A stretch of 51,360 bases of DNA. Origin: a virus. A program made the position numbers and the translations under genes. Of this stretch, positions 34,455 to 43,352 are shown one piece after another. The notes beneath the pieces are model-generated. The model was given only the letters and a program-made list of their open reading frames with translations, ran no database searches and was not told where the DNA came from. The stretch spans positions 1 to 51,360 of the IMG/VR virus record IMGVR_UViG_3300045988_172722, one strand, 5' to 3'. Numbering within the stretch: the first letter of the stretch is position 1; each line of letters opens with the position of its first letter.

Positions 34455-36857
34455 ATGCAAGTAGGTAAATTAGAATATGATGAAAATCTTAGCATAGCTA
34501 TTGGAATGAGCGTTTCAAGTAAGATATGGAAAAATACCAAAATTACTTGGAATGCTCTAGTACAAAAGCTATCTACTCCAGTGGTGACTGCTGAAACATA
34601 TAAGCAGTTCATGAATGCCACTAAGGAGGAGCAAAGCAAGATAAAAGATGTCGGCGGTTTTGTGGGAGGATTTCTCACAAATGGCAGACGTGATAAAACT
34701 AATGTTTTATATCGCCAACTCCTTACTTTGGATGTGGACTTTTCACATGAAAATTTTTGGTGGGATTTCACAGTGTTATTTGGATGCGCAGCAGTTATAC
34801 ACTCAACTCATAAGTCGAGTACCACAAAACCAAGGCATAGATTGATAATTCCACTAGATAGAGAAGTATCACAAGAGGAATATCAAGCTATAGCAAGAAA
34901 AGTCGCCGGGGACCTAAACATTGATTTGTTTGACCAATCGACTTTTGATGTGAATAGACTTATGTTCTGGCCGTCTGTATCTTCAGATGCAGAGTACTAT
35001 TTTGAATTTCAAGATGGACCATTTCTTGAGGCTGATTATATACTAAGCTTGTATAATGATTGGCATGATACAAGTGAATGGCCAACTGCTTCAAATAGTA
35101 CTGATACTATATTACAAGCAATTAAAAAGCAAGAAGACCCTGAAAACAAAAAAGGTATTATTGGTTTATTTTGTCGTACATATTCAATTCAAGAAGCTAT
35201 TGAAACTTTTTTATCAGATATTTATGAAAAAGCAGGAGAAGATAGATACACGTATATTAATGGCTCAACAGCTGCTGGACTCATTATATACGAAGATAAA
35301 TTTGCTTATTCGCATCATGGAACGGACCCAGCAGGAGGTAGGTTGTGCAACGCCTTTGACCTTGTGCGTATTCATAAGTTTGGCCATTTAGATACAGGCA
35401 AAGAGAAAGAAGACAAGGACAAAAAGAGCTTCAAGGCAATGGAAGAATTTGCATCTAAAGACCCATTGACTAAGAAGCACATTGCAGATGAGAAATTTGC
35501 AGAAGCTAAATTCGAATTTGCTGAAGAAGCTATTCAAGAAGCAGAAGAGCAAACAGATGATGATTGGATGTCTCAGCTTGTTGCAAATACTAAAGGAGAC
35601 TTCGAAAATTCAGCCAATAACTTAAATATAATAATACAAAATGACCAATTCATTAAAAATGCGTTTAAGCGCAATACGTTCGACAATAAAGTCTATATTA
35701 CGAGGTCTATGCCGTGGCGTAGCATATCTGCTCCTGAGCCCGTTCGTGATGTCGATTATTCTGGTGTTCGCAATTATATTGAGTGTGTATATGGTATTGT
35801 TGCAAGCCAGAAAGTTGATGATGCGATGGCACTCGAAATTGAAAAGAAAAAGTTTCATCCAATAGTAGAATATTTAAAAGAGCTTAGCTGGGATGGTATT
35901 AAGAGAATAGATACTTTGCTAATAGATTATTTTGGAGCAGATGATAACTTATACACTAGAGCTGCCATCAGAAAGTCTCTTTGCGCGGCCGTTGCCAGAG
36001 TGCTTGTGCCAGGTATGAAATTCGACACGGCACTTATATTGGTTGGTCCACAAGAAACATACAAAAGTACATTTATCAAAAAGCTCGGTAAAGAATGGTT
36101 TTCAGACACATTTACGACAGTACAAGGCAAGGAGTCATTTGAACAATTGCAAGGAGCGTGGATAATTGAAATGGCAGAGCTTTCAGGATTGAAAAAAGCA
36201 GAAGTTGAAACAATTAAGCATTTCATATCAAAACGTGAGGACCAGTTTAGACCAGCATACGGTAGAACAGTAGAAACTTATAAGCGTCAATGCGTGTTTT
36301 TCGGTACTACTAATAAAGATGATTTTTTGCGCGACCCTACAGGAAATAGACGCTTTTTGCCTATAGATGTTAGGCCAGAGTTTGTAAAGAAGTCGGTAGC
36401 TGATGACCTTATAGAATATGAAGTAGACCAAATATGGGCTGAGGCATATCAGTTATATATAGCAGGAGAACCTCTATATATGACAGGTGAAGAAGATAAG
36501 ATTGCTAAGATTGAGCAACATAAACACTCAGAGTCAGACGAGCGCAAAGGTATTATCGAAGAGTTTCTTAATAGAAAATATCCAGACAACTGGAGCGAAA
36601 TGGACTTTTATGACAGAAGAAGATGGCTTGAAGACCCATTATCGCAGAACGGAACAATTCAAAAGGACTTTGTATGTGTTGCAGAGATATGGTGCGAATG
36701 CCTCGGTAAAGATAAAACAGATATGGATAGATACAAAACACGTGAGATAAATGAAATTCTTAAGTCACTAAGTGATTGGGAATATATAAACTCAACAAAG
36801 AATTTCTCCATATACGGTAAACAAAAGTATTATAAACGTAAAGATAGCTTATTATGA
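34455..36857 (+). CDS. Primase-helicase (BT4734/VirE-N-like primase-polymerase domain plus VirE/D5-type P-loop NTPase)
   Basis: The N-terminal region reads LTLDVDFSHENF...STHKSSTTKPRHRLIIPL. Walker A is LILVGPQETYKSTF and Walker B-like is AWIIEMAELSG. The ORF is 800 aa. Confidence 0.8.
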   Translation: MQVGKLEYDENLSIAIGMSVSSKIWKNTKITWNALVQKLSTPVVTAETYKQFMNATKEEQSKIKDVGGFVGGFLTNGRRDKTNVLYRQLLTLDVDFSHENFWWDFTVLFGCAAVIHSTHKSSTTKPRHRLIIPLDREVSQEEYQAIARKVAGDLNIDLFDQSTFDVNRLMFWPSVSSDAEYYFEFQDGPFLEADYILSLYNDWHDTSEWPTASNSTDTILQAIKKQEDPENKKGIIGLFCRTYSIQEAIETFLSDIYEKAGEDRYTYINGSTAAGLIIYEDKFAYSHHGTDPAGGRLCNAFDLVRIHKFGHLDTGKEKEDKDKKSFKAMEEFASKDPLTKKHIADEKFAEAKFEFAEEAIQEAEEQTDDDWMSQLVANTKGDFENSANNLNIIIQNDQFIKNAFKRNTFDNKVYITRSMPWRSISAPEPVRDVDYSGVRNYIECVYGIVASQKVDDAMALEIEKKKFHPIVEYLKELSWDGIKRIDTLLIDYFGADDNLYTRAAIRKSLCAAVARVLVPGMKFDTALILVGPQETYKSTFIKKLGKEWFSDTFTTVQGKESFEQLQGAWIIEMAELSGLKKAEVETIKHFISKREDQFRPAYGRTVETYKRQCVFFGTTNKDDFLRDPTGNRRFLPIDVRPEFVKKSVADDLIEYEVDQIWAEAYQLYIAGEPLYMTGEEDKIAKIEQHKHSESDERKGIIEEFLNRKYPDNWSEMDFYDRRRWLEDPLSQNGTIQKDFVCVAEIWCECLGKDKTDMDRYKTREINEILKSLSDWEYINSTKNFSIYGKQKYYKRKDSLL

Positions 36858-36960
36858 TAGTAAATTTTTTCAAAGTTATATCTGGGGACCATAGAAATAA
36901 GACGCTACTTGTCTCTAGAAATATAGATACGCGTGAGTATAATGTTTTGCTAATACAGGT

Positions 36961-37260
36961 ATGAAGCAGATAGACAGCGAGAAACTAGTAGAACGGAGAT
37001 TAGTGGAGCTCGTCAAAATAAATAATGGCATGTGTATAAAGCTATTATGTGACCAGCTGATAGGTTTACCTGATAGGCTCTGTTTATTTCCTAACCATAA
37101 AATGGCATTTGTGGAAACTAAGACCACAGGTCAAAAGCCAAGACGCATACAAGCCTATATGCACAAAAAGCTTAGAGCTCTTGGCTTCAGAGTCGAAGTA
37201 ATTGACTCAGTTGAAGACGTGATAAATTTCGTAGAAGATATAATGCTAAATAAACAATGA
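36961..37260 (+). CDS. VRR-NUC domain nuclease
   Basis: The PD-(D/E)XK signature is GLPDRLCLFPNHKMAFVETKTTGQKPRRIQ. The 99-aa size is typical. Confidence 0.75.
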   Translation: MKQIDSEKLVERRLVELVKINNGMCIKLLCDQLIGLPDRLCLFPNHKMAFVETKTTGQKPRRIQAYMHKKLRALGFRVEVIDSVEDVINFVEDIMLNKQ

Positions 37261-37697
37261 GGGGCGAAAAGATACTATTAACTTGCGAAAAATGTGGAAA
37301 GCAGTTTATAAGGTATAAATGCTTAATAAAGCCAGGCATTACTCATTTCTTTTGCAGCAGAGCTTGTGCTAAAGAGCATTTAAGTACAAAAATGACTAAG
37401 ATGAATGAGGACTTAAATCCTACTAGAATGGATAACTTTGAAACAAGGTTAGCTGTTAGAGAAGGTCATCTTAGGAATAATACTGGAAAAGAGCATAGCT
37501 ATCCTAAGATATTTGGAACTCATGCACATAGAATACTAGCAGAAGAAATAATAGGAAGACCACTTAAGAAAGGTGAAGTAGTACATCATAAAGATGGTAA
37601 TCCTAGAAATAATTCTATTGATAACTTAGAAGTTTTAAGTTCACAAGCTGAGCACGCAAAACTTCATTGTAAAGATGAAAGGTTTTCAAAATGCTAA
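37257..37697 (+). CDS. HNH endonuclease with an N-terminal Cys-rich (zinc-finger-like) segment
   Basis: The motifs are CEKCGKQF...FCSRAC and VVHHKDGNPRNNSIDNLEVLSSQAEHAKLH. It is inserted between the VRR-NUC and SNF2 genes. Confidence 0.85.
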   Translation: MRGEKILLTCEKCGKQFIRYKCLIKPGITHFFCSRACAKEHLSTKMTKMNEDLNPTRMDNFETRLAVREGHLRNNTGKEHSYPKIFGTHAHRILAEEIIGRPLKKGEVVHHKDGNPRNNSIDNLEVLSSQAEHAKLHCKDERFSKC

Positions 37698-39121
37698 CAG
37701 AAAAAAACATGCATGGCTATCAGCGGGCAGCAGTAGAGTTTATAATTACTCATTCGTACTGTGGCGTATTTCTTGACCTTGGGCTTGGCAAAACGGTATC
37801 AACTCTTACTGCTATAAACTATTTGATGTTTGACTATCTGGAAATAAATTCAGTATTAGTCATAGCACCAAAAAGAGTCGCTGAGTCAGTTTGGCAAGAA
37901 GAAGCTGAAAAGTGGGACCACTTAAAACACTTGCGCTTTTCAAAAATCATTGGTACTCAGAAACAGCGAATACAAGCAATAACAGAAGTAAAAGCTGATG
38001 TCTATATTATATCAAGAGATAATGTCGCATGGCTATGTGCTATGTATGGCGGAGGCAAATTGCCATTTGATATGGTAGTAGTTGATGAGCTTAGCAGCTT
38101 TAAGTCTTATAAGTCTGAACGTTTTAAGGCTTTACGTGGAGCAAGGCCTTATCTTAAGCGTTTAGTTGGGCTAACTGGCACTCCAGCACCTAATGGGCTT
38201 ATTGACTTGTGGCCTCAAATATATCTTATGGATAGAGGCGAGCGCCTTGAAAAGACAATATCTAGATACAGAGAAAGATATTTCCGGCCAGGCCAAACTA
38301 ATGGGCATGTTGTCTATTCTTATAATCTTATGGATGACTCAGAGAAGCTTATTCATAAGAAAATAGAGGATATTTGCATAAGCATGAAAGCAGACGATTA
38401 TCTTGAAATGCCATTCAGGACAGATAACTATATAAAGCTTAGAATGCCTGATAACTTGAAAAAGCAATATGATAATTTTGAAAAAGAGAAAGTGCTCGAC
38501 TTAATTAAGCCAGAAAGCACGTATTTAGAAAATGCCGATAAATGGGTTGATAAACCTGTTGAAATTAATGTTGTTAACGCGGCGGCTCTTTCAAATAAAT
38601 TATTACAATTTGCTAATGGCGCAATATACGATGAAGAAAGAAACATATTTCCAATTCATGATATAAAGCTGGATGCTCTTAAGGAAATAATAGAGGATGC
38701 AAATGGCCAATCTGTATTAGTTGCATGGACTTATCAATTTGACCGTGATAGAATAATGAAGCATCTTAAAGCATATAAGCCAAGAGAGCTTAAAACCAAT
38801 AAAGATATTGAAGACTGGAATACAGGCAAAATACAAGTTATGCTTGCACATCCGGCATCAGCAGGCCATGGACTTAATCTTCAAGCAGGAGGCAGTATAA
38901 TAGTCTGGTTTGGACAAACATGGAGCTTAGAGTTGTATCAACAATTCAATGCTCGATTATATCGTCAAGGCCAACAAAATCACGTGGTAATTAACCATTT
39001 GATATTACAAGGCACTCATGATGAAGATGTTATTAGAGCACTTAAAGCAAAGGACAGAAAACAGAATGCTCTTATGGATAGTATTAAAGCAAAAATTGAC
39101 AAATATAAAAAATTCATGTGA
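37691..39121 (+). CDS. SNF2-family (superfamily 2) helicase
   Basis: Motifs are I LDLGLGKT, II VVVDELSSFK, III LTGTPAPN, V AGHGLNLQ and VI QQFNARLYRQGQ. Confidence 0.85.
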   Translation: MLTEKNMHGYQRAAVEFIITHSYCGVFLDLGLGKTVSTLTAINYLMFDYLEINSVLVIAPKRVAESVWQEEAEKWDHLKHLRFSKIIGTQKQRIQAITEVKADVYIISRDNVAWLCAMYGGGKLPFDMVVVDELSSFKSYKSERFKALRGARPYLKRLVGLTGTPAPNGLIDLWPQIYLMDRGERLEKTISRYRERYFRPGQTNGHVVYSYNLMDDSEKLIHKKIEDICISMKADDYLEMPFRTDNYIKLRMPDNLKKQYDNFEKEKVLDLIKPESTYLENADKWVDKPVEINVVNAAALSNKLLQFANGAIYDEERNIFPIHDIKLDALKEIIEDANGQSVLVAWTYQFDRDRIMKHLKAYKPRELKTNKDIEDWNTGKIQVMLAHPASAGHGLNLQAGGSIIVWFGQTWSLELYQQFNARLYRQGQQNHVVINHLILQGTHDEDVIRALKAKDRKQNALMDSIKAKIDKYKKFM

Positions 39122-39122
39122 T

Positions 39123-39341
39123 ATGTTTACAAAGCAAGAATGTAAAAAGCTTATAGCTAAAAAGCTTGAAGACAAGCAGATAATTTCTAGAAGAGAGTTA
39201 ATAAATACTGGTAGAAAGTATGTAGGCAGTAATTCAAAGTATTTTGCTTCTGTAGATGCCGTGGTCGATGCATCATTAAAAAAATTAGTGTCTGTAGGTG
39301 TTATAGCAAAAATAGAAAAAGGACAATATAAAAAAGCATAG
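39123..39341 (+). CDS. Small hypothetical protein
   Basis: ATG 39123 lies 1 nt after the helicase stop. The product is 72 aa. The longer ORF-track version (39018) overlaps the helicase and is unlikely. Confidence 0.5.
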   Translation: MFTKQECKKLIAKKLEDKQIISRRELINTGRKYVGSNSKYFASVDAVVDASLKKLVSVGVIAKIEKGQYKKA

Positions 39342-39343
39342 TA

Positions 39344-39685
39344 ATGGGAAGAAATGGTAAAGCAATTCCGGTTTTTTCTAGAATGATTAAGCTGGTGAAT
39401 GATAACATAGGAAATGTTATCAGCTCAGAAGAAATGCTATTAGGCAATGAGCCTGGTAGAAACTCAGTGACTGCTTACGTATACAAGTTTGTAAAGCTTG
39501 GATATATAGAAATGGCTACTGAAGGTAAAAAAGGTATACTTAGTAAAGAAACAACTTATAGAATTAAAAAAGCATTTCCAGACCATTATAATTCTGTAAT
39601 GCTGATGGATGAGCTAAGAGTATATAACGGGCTTATTCCTGAGAAACGAGATTTTGCAACCGCGCTAAATAGAGTAAAGGCATAA
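39344..39685 (+). CDS. Hypothetical protein
   Basis: This is a 113-aa ORF, tightly packed, and the last gene before a 240-bp intergenic region. Confidence 0.55.
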   Translation: MGRNGKAIPVFSRMIKLVNDNIGNVISSEEMLLGNEPGRNSVTAYVYKFVKLGYIEMATEGKKGILSKETTYRIKKAFPDHYNSVMLMDELRVYNGLIPEKRDFATALNRVKA

Positions 39686-39889
39686 AAGCAATAAAAAAAG
39701 TCAAGTAAGTGGAAGCTATTACAAAGATATGGTTTTCAACCAATAAAGCTAATAGCTGCTTTTAGATGTTCTTTTATTCAAGACTGTATAATAAAATATA
39801 TCAGTAGATATAAGAATGTATAATGCATGGTCAAGTTAAGAAGTGTTAAATATGTAATTTTTATGAGGAAAATTTTCTATTCTCGGAAA

Positions 39890-39903
39890 AAATTAGTATA
39901 TTC
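39890..39903 (+). promoter_or_regulatory. Promoter-like element AATTAGTATATTCACA (-7 variant TATATTCA)
   Basis: It shares the ATTAGTATATT core with the elements at 411-423 and 4319-4331. An ATTCTCGG variant precedes it at 39879-39886. It lies 26 nt upstream of ATG 39929. Confidence 0.4.
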
Positions 39904-39928
39904 ACATATCTAAAATAAGAATAGAAAA

Positions 39929-40177
39929 ATGGACAAGAAAAGAACATTTCAGCAAATAGCCAGAGACGTAAAGTCAACCTGGATGAATGTATACTTTGGA
40001 GCAGTGCCTTATCTTGAGGCATTATTAACGCTTGATACAACAGACCCAGAGGCTTTATATGGAATTGAGAAAGCTGGAGATATTGCAAGATACTTTTTAG
40101 CTAATGCTCAAACCTTTAGAGGAGCAGATGCAAGAAGATTAAAAGAAGAACTTAAAACTTTGATAAACAATGGCTAA
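39929..40177 (+). CDS. Small hypothetical protein
   Basis: This is an 82-aa ORF, first in the transcription unit. Confidence 0.55.
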   Translation: MDKKRTFQQIARDVKSTWMNVYFGAVPYLEALLTLDTTDPEALYGIEKAGDIARYFLANAQTFRGADARRLKEELKTLINNG

Positions 40178-40460
40178 TATTTTAGAACAAGCAAACAAAA
40201 TCGTAAATGAGCGCTCAGAAGAAAAAGAGCGTCAATATGGACCATTTCAAGCATCGATGGAAAGAGCAGCAGCTTTTTATAATCTGATGTCACCTAAAGA
40301 CCAGCAAATAACAACTGCTGGTATGTATAGAGCCATGATAGCTCTTAAGTTATCACGTGAAGCCTATGCGCACAAAGAGGATAATCTTCTTGATGCAGTA
40401 GCTTATATGGGCTCTATGAATGACTATCTGGAAGAGCATAAAGATATTTTCAATAAATAA
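40170..40460 (+). CDS. Small helical protein common in phage nucleotide-metabolism neighbourhoods (family not confidently named)
   Basis: The ORF is 96 aa. The motif NERSEEKERQYGPF...MIALKLSREAY...DNLLDAVAYMG matches, from memory, a recurring phage domain of unknown function. Confidence 0.55.
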   Translation: MANILEQANKIVNERSEEKERQYGPFQASMERAAAFYNLMSPKDQQITTAGMYRAMIALKLSREAYAHKEDNLLDAVAYMGSMNDYLEEHKDIFNK

Positions 40461-40472
40461 ACAGTTTTAACT

Positions 40473-41294
40473 ATGGTAAAAGTGTATAACACAACAGACC
40501 TCAGACCAGACCAAGCGTTTGAGAAGCACGTATTCCACAGAGACCAGTTTGCGCATTACTTGCGTTGGACACACATTCTCAAAGAAGCAAAAATTGGCGA
40601 GTCAATCGTAGACTTCGGCTGTGGAGCAGCTAATTTGCTTGAAGTATTGTATCGAAACAAGTTCAAGCAGAAAGAGTATATCGGCATTGATATTCGTGAA
40701 AAGACTATCAATGAAGCAGCTGAGAAGTATCAAGATGTGCTTTGGGCTCATTTCTATGTAGCTGACCTTGTGAAACATGATTTGGATTTCAGCAAATTTA
40801 ATGCTGATAAGGTTTGTGCATTTGAAGTGCTTGAGCATGTAGGCAAACAGAATGCAGATGCATTTTTAGAGAACTTTAAGGCTTGTGGTAATAACAATGC
40901 CACTTATTACCTTTCAACTCCTAACTATGACCCAGAAGTAGGAGCAGCAGGTAATCATACCTATGATTCTGGCGATGGTCGTGGAGTTGATGTACAAGAG
41001 TTTGACCACTGGGAGCTTGAAGCTATATTGTCTCAGCACTTTACTATCGTAAAGAAGTTTGGTACATTTGCTTCTATGAAGGACTACAAGCCTCTTATGA
41101 ATGATTGGCAGAAGAAGATGTTCGAGGCTCTTAAGAGTTATTATGACTCAAACCTCATTGCCAATATCATGGCTCCTATGTTTCCTGATGTGGCGCGCAA
41201 CACTCTTTGGGTATTGAAGCGTAAACCTGAAGACATAAAAGCACCTAAAGCTCCAGCAGAACAACCAACTCTATTTGATGACGATTTAATGTAA
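40473..41294 (+). CDS. Class I SAM-dependent methyltransferase (substrate unknown)
   Basis: Motif I is IVDFGCGAANLLE, post-I is YIGIDI, and ADKVCAFEVLEHV follows. There are no DPPY/NPPY or PCQ DNA-methyltransferase motifs. Confidence 0.75.
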   Translation: MVKVYNTTDLRPDQAFEKHVFHRDQFAHYLRWTHILKEAKIGESIVDFGCGAANLLEVLYRNKFKQKEYIGIDIREKTINEAAEKYQDVLWAHFYVADLVKHDLDFSKFNADKVCAFEVLEHVGKQNADAFLENFKACGNNNATYYLSTPNYDPEVGAAGNHTYDSGDGRGVDVQEFDHWELEAILSQHFTIVKKFGTFASMKDYKPLMNDWQKKMFEALKSYYDSNLIANIMAPMFPDVARNTLWVLKRKPEDIKAPKAPAEQPTLFDDDLM

Positions 41295-41300
41295 TAAGAT

Positions 41301-41744
41301 ATGAATATAAAAGAAGCTTTATTCAAACTTGATGATTTTTGCAATGCAAATAAAATCGAGTATACAGTAACAGGCACTGTTGCTTTAGATATACTCGGAG
41401 TTCCATCCAATCCGAATGACATAGATATAAAGGTGTTTCACCTAAAAGAAGAGCAGGAAGCGAAGTTAAAAGAGCTTCAATTCCTGTCAGGCTTTGACAA
41501 AGAGAATTATGAAGATAGTAAGTGTTATTCATTCATGATTGGTGGAACTAAGATAAACGCTCTTGTAGATAATATTGAGTTGTCTCAAGAAGTTACGTTG
41601 AGCATGCTTGATGAAACTTGTGCAAAACGGCGTTCTATATGTGTTCAACTAGTATTTCCTGCTCTTAAAGATAAGATGAAGCTGAAAAGACACAAAGATA
41701 AAACTTATATGTTGAATTTAATTGCTGATTTAGCACAGTTATGA
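41301..41744 (+). CDS. Minimal nucleotidyltransferase-fold protein (Pol-beta superfamily)
   Basis: YTVTGTVALDILGVPSNPNDIDIKVF fits the G[ST]...DxD pattern. The ORF is 147 aa. Confidence 0.55.
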   Translation: MNIKEALFKLDDFCNANKIEYTVTGTVALDILGVPSNPNDIDIKVFHLKEEQEAKLKELQFLSGFDKENYEDSKCYSFMIGGTKINALVDNIELSQEVTLSMLDETCAKRRSICVQLVFPALKDKMKLKRHKDKTYMLNLIADLAQL

Positions 41745-42121
41745 AAAGTTTGATTTCAGTAACTCCTCGAGAGTTTAAGCGTCATTTTGGCGAAGTAATG
41801 GAAATGTGCACAGATATGTGCATGACTACTAATCAGGAAATTGTTATTACAATTCCTGAAAAGAAGAATGGCCAAACTCATACAGAAATAGCCAAAGTTA
41901 CTCCTGTAAACGGTGGCATTAAGTATAACTACAACCATGAGCTTCTTAAAAAGTTTGACATCAATACTCAAAATCCTAAGCTTTCAAAGATTGCAGCTAT
42001 TATGGCTGATGCTCTCGAGCAAGAAAAAGTTTATACAGTAGTAAGTCCTGAAGCTGAGCACAAATTAGCCAGAGCTATGGAAACTGCGGCTAAAGAACTT
42101 GTTAAAACATTCGAATTATGA
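41741..42121 (+). CDS. Hypothetical protein
   Basis: This is a 126-aa ORF overlapping both neighbours by 4 nt (ATGA). Confidence 0.55.
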   Translation: MKSLISVTPREFKRHFGEVMEMCTDMCMTTNQEIVITIPEKKNGQTHTEIAKVTPVNGGIKYNYNHELLKKFDINTQNPKLSKIAAIMADALEQEKVYTVVSPEAEHKLARAMETAAKELVKTFEL

Positions 42122-42612
42122 AATTCTGCAAAGTAAGAAACGTAAAGTCTCCAGTTCGTGGAACTGGTAAAGCCGCTGGAATTGATTTCTTCGTTCCAAA
42201 TTTTGGTGGTAATAAAGGCTTTATAGTCAACCCAGGAACCGATGTTCTTATACCGTCTGGTATTAAGATGGAAATTCCTGAGGGTTATATGCTTATGGCA
42301 GCTGACAAATCAGGTGTAGTAACTTCTAAGTGGGCATGCCTTGGAGCTGGTAGAACACCAAAGGCAGAGGCATTTGAAAGTATTGTTATACTCGGTGCCA
42401 AGATTGTCGATGAAGACTACCAGGGAGAGATACATATCCATATTGTGAATGTCGGTAGAGCTAAAGTTCATATTAAGCCAGGTATAAAGATAGCGCAGTT
42501 TATTCTTGTGCCTGTGTCTTATGAAGGACTTGAAGAAGTACCTGAAGCAGAGCTTTTTAGTCGCTCTTCTGAAAGAGGCGATGGAGCTCTGGGTTCGACT
42601 GGAAGTTATTAA
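42118..42612 (+). CDS. dut: dUTPase-fold nucleotide pyrophosphatase
   Basis: The motifs are AAGIDFFVP (1), ADKSG (2), IVDEDYQGEI (3), KIAQFILV (4) and ERGDGALGSTG (5). There is an insertion of roughly 25 aa (TSKWACLGAGRTPKAEAFESIVILGA) between motifs 2 and 3. Confidence 0.85.
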   Translation: MKFCKVRNVKSPVRGTGKAAGIDFFVPNFGGNKGFIVNPGTDVLIPSGIKMEIPEGYMLMAADKSGVVTSKWACLGAGRTPKAEAFESIVILGAKIVDEDYQGEIHIHIVNVGRAKVHIKPGIKIAQFILVPVSYEGLEEVPEAELFSRSSERGDGALGSTGSY

Positions 42613-42632
42613 ATAGGATTGATTTACACATT

Positions 42633-42717
42633 ATTCTCGCGCGTAATACCGTATGCAAAGTATGAAACAAAAGAAATATATTCAGAAAAACGCATAGGCT
42701 CTAGAGCGCGCGAGAAT
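42633..42717. promoter_or_regulatory. Inverted repeat ATTCTCGCGCG ... CGCGCGAGAAT
   Basis: Perfect 11-bp arms lie at 42633-42643 and 42707-42717, flanking 63 bp. It sits in the 121-bp gap after dut and before the GTG-start ORF at 42734. Confidence 0.65.
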
Positions 42718-42733
42718 ATATAAATCTTAAGCA

Positions 42734-43189
42734 GTGAAAAAGAAAGCAGTAGAAATACCAGAGATTATTTATACAGACCAGTTTCTCAGATTTGTGGCAG
42801 TTTATGCTAATAAATTTAGAGCAACAAAAGGTTTTGGAAGATGGTTGGCTGAGTATAGGCGAATGGATGAGCAAGGTATGTTTAAGCCTGAGAAGTTAAG
42901 AGAATTATATATCAAAATACTGGATGGTTCAAATACCTTATCATACATATACTGGGAAGCTGTTCATTGTATATGTGTACAAGCACTCGATGCAGCTAAA
43001 GCGTTTGCTTTAACCAATTCATTTGAAATTAGAGTAATAACTGGTGAAATTGCTTTTAATGACGGTGATGAAGAGCTCAAAGATTTATCTATGGAAGAAG
43101 CATTAGCTATATGCAAAGCCATGAACGATGAAGCTGAAGAGCTTTTGTTTAGAGTTTACAACAGCAATACAAATAAACTTGTTAAGTAA
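42734..43189 (+). CDS. Hypothetical protein
   Basis: This is a 151-aa ORF with a GTG start. Confidence 0.5.
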   Translation: MKKKAVEIPEIIYTDQFLRFVAVYANKFRATKGFGRWLAEYRRMDEQGMFKPEKLRELYIKILDGSNTLSYIYWEAVHCICVQALDAAKAFALTNSFEIRVITGEIAFNDGDEELKDLSMEEALAICKAMNDEAEELLFRVYNSNTNKLVK

Positions 43190-43190
43190 T

Positions 43191-43352
43191 ATGGCGACAT
43201 TAGTTGAAGATATTTTTACAGTATATAGTCCTGCTGATTTAGAAGCCGAGATGTGCCGATATAATTGCAAAACTAAAGAAGAACTTGATGAACTTCTTTG
43301 GCATGATTATGGTGTAACTCTAGTGTTAAACTTTGAATATGAAGAAGCATGA
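43191..43352 (+). CDS. Small hypothetical protein
   Basis: ATG 43191 lies 1 nt after the previous stop. The product is 53 aa and overlaps the next gene by 4 nt. Confidence 0.45.
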   Translation: MATLVEDIFTVYSPADLEAEMCRYNCKTKEELDELLWHDYGVTLVLNFEYEEA

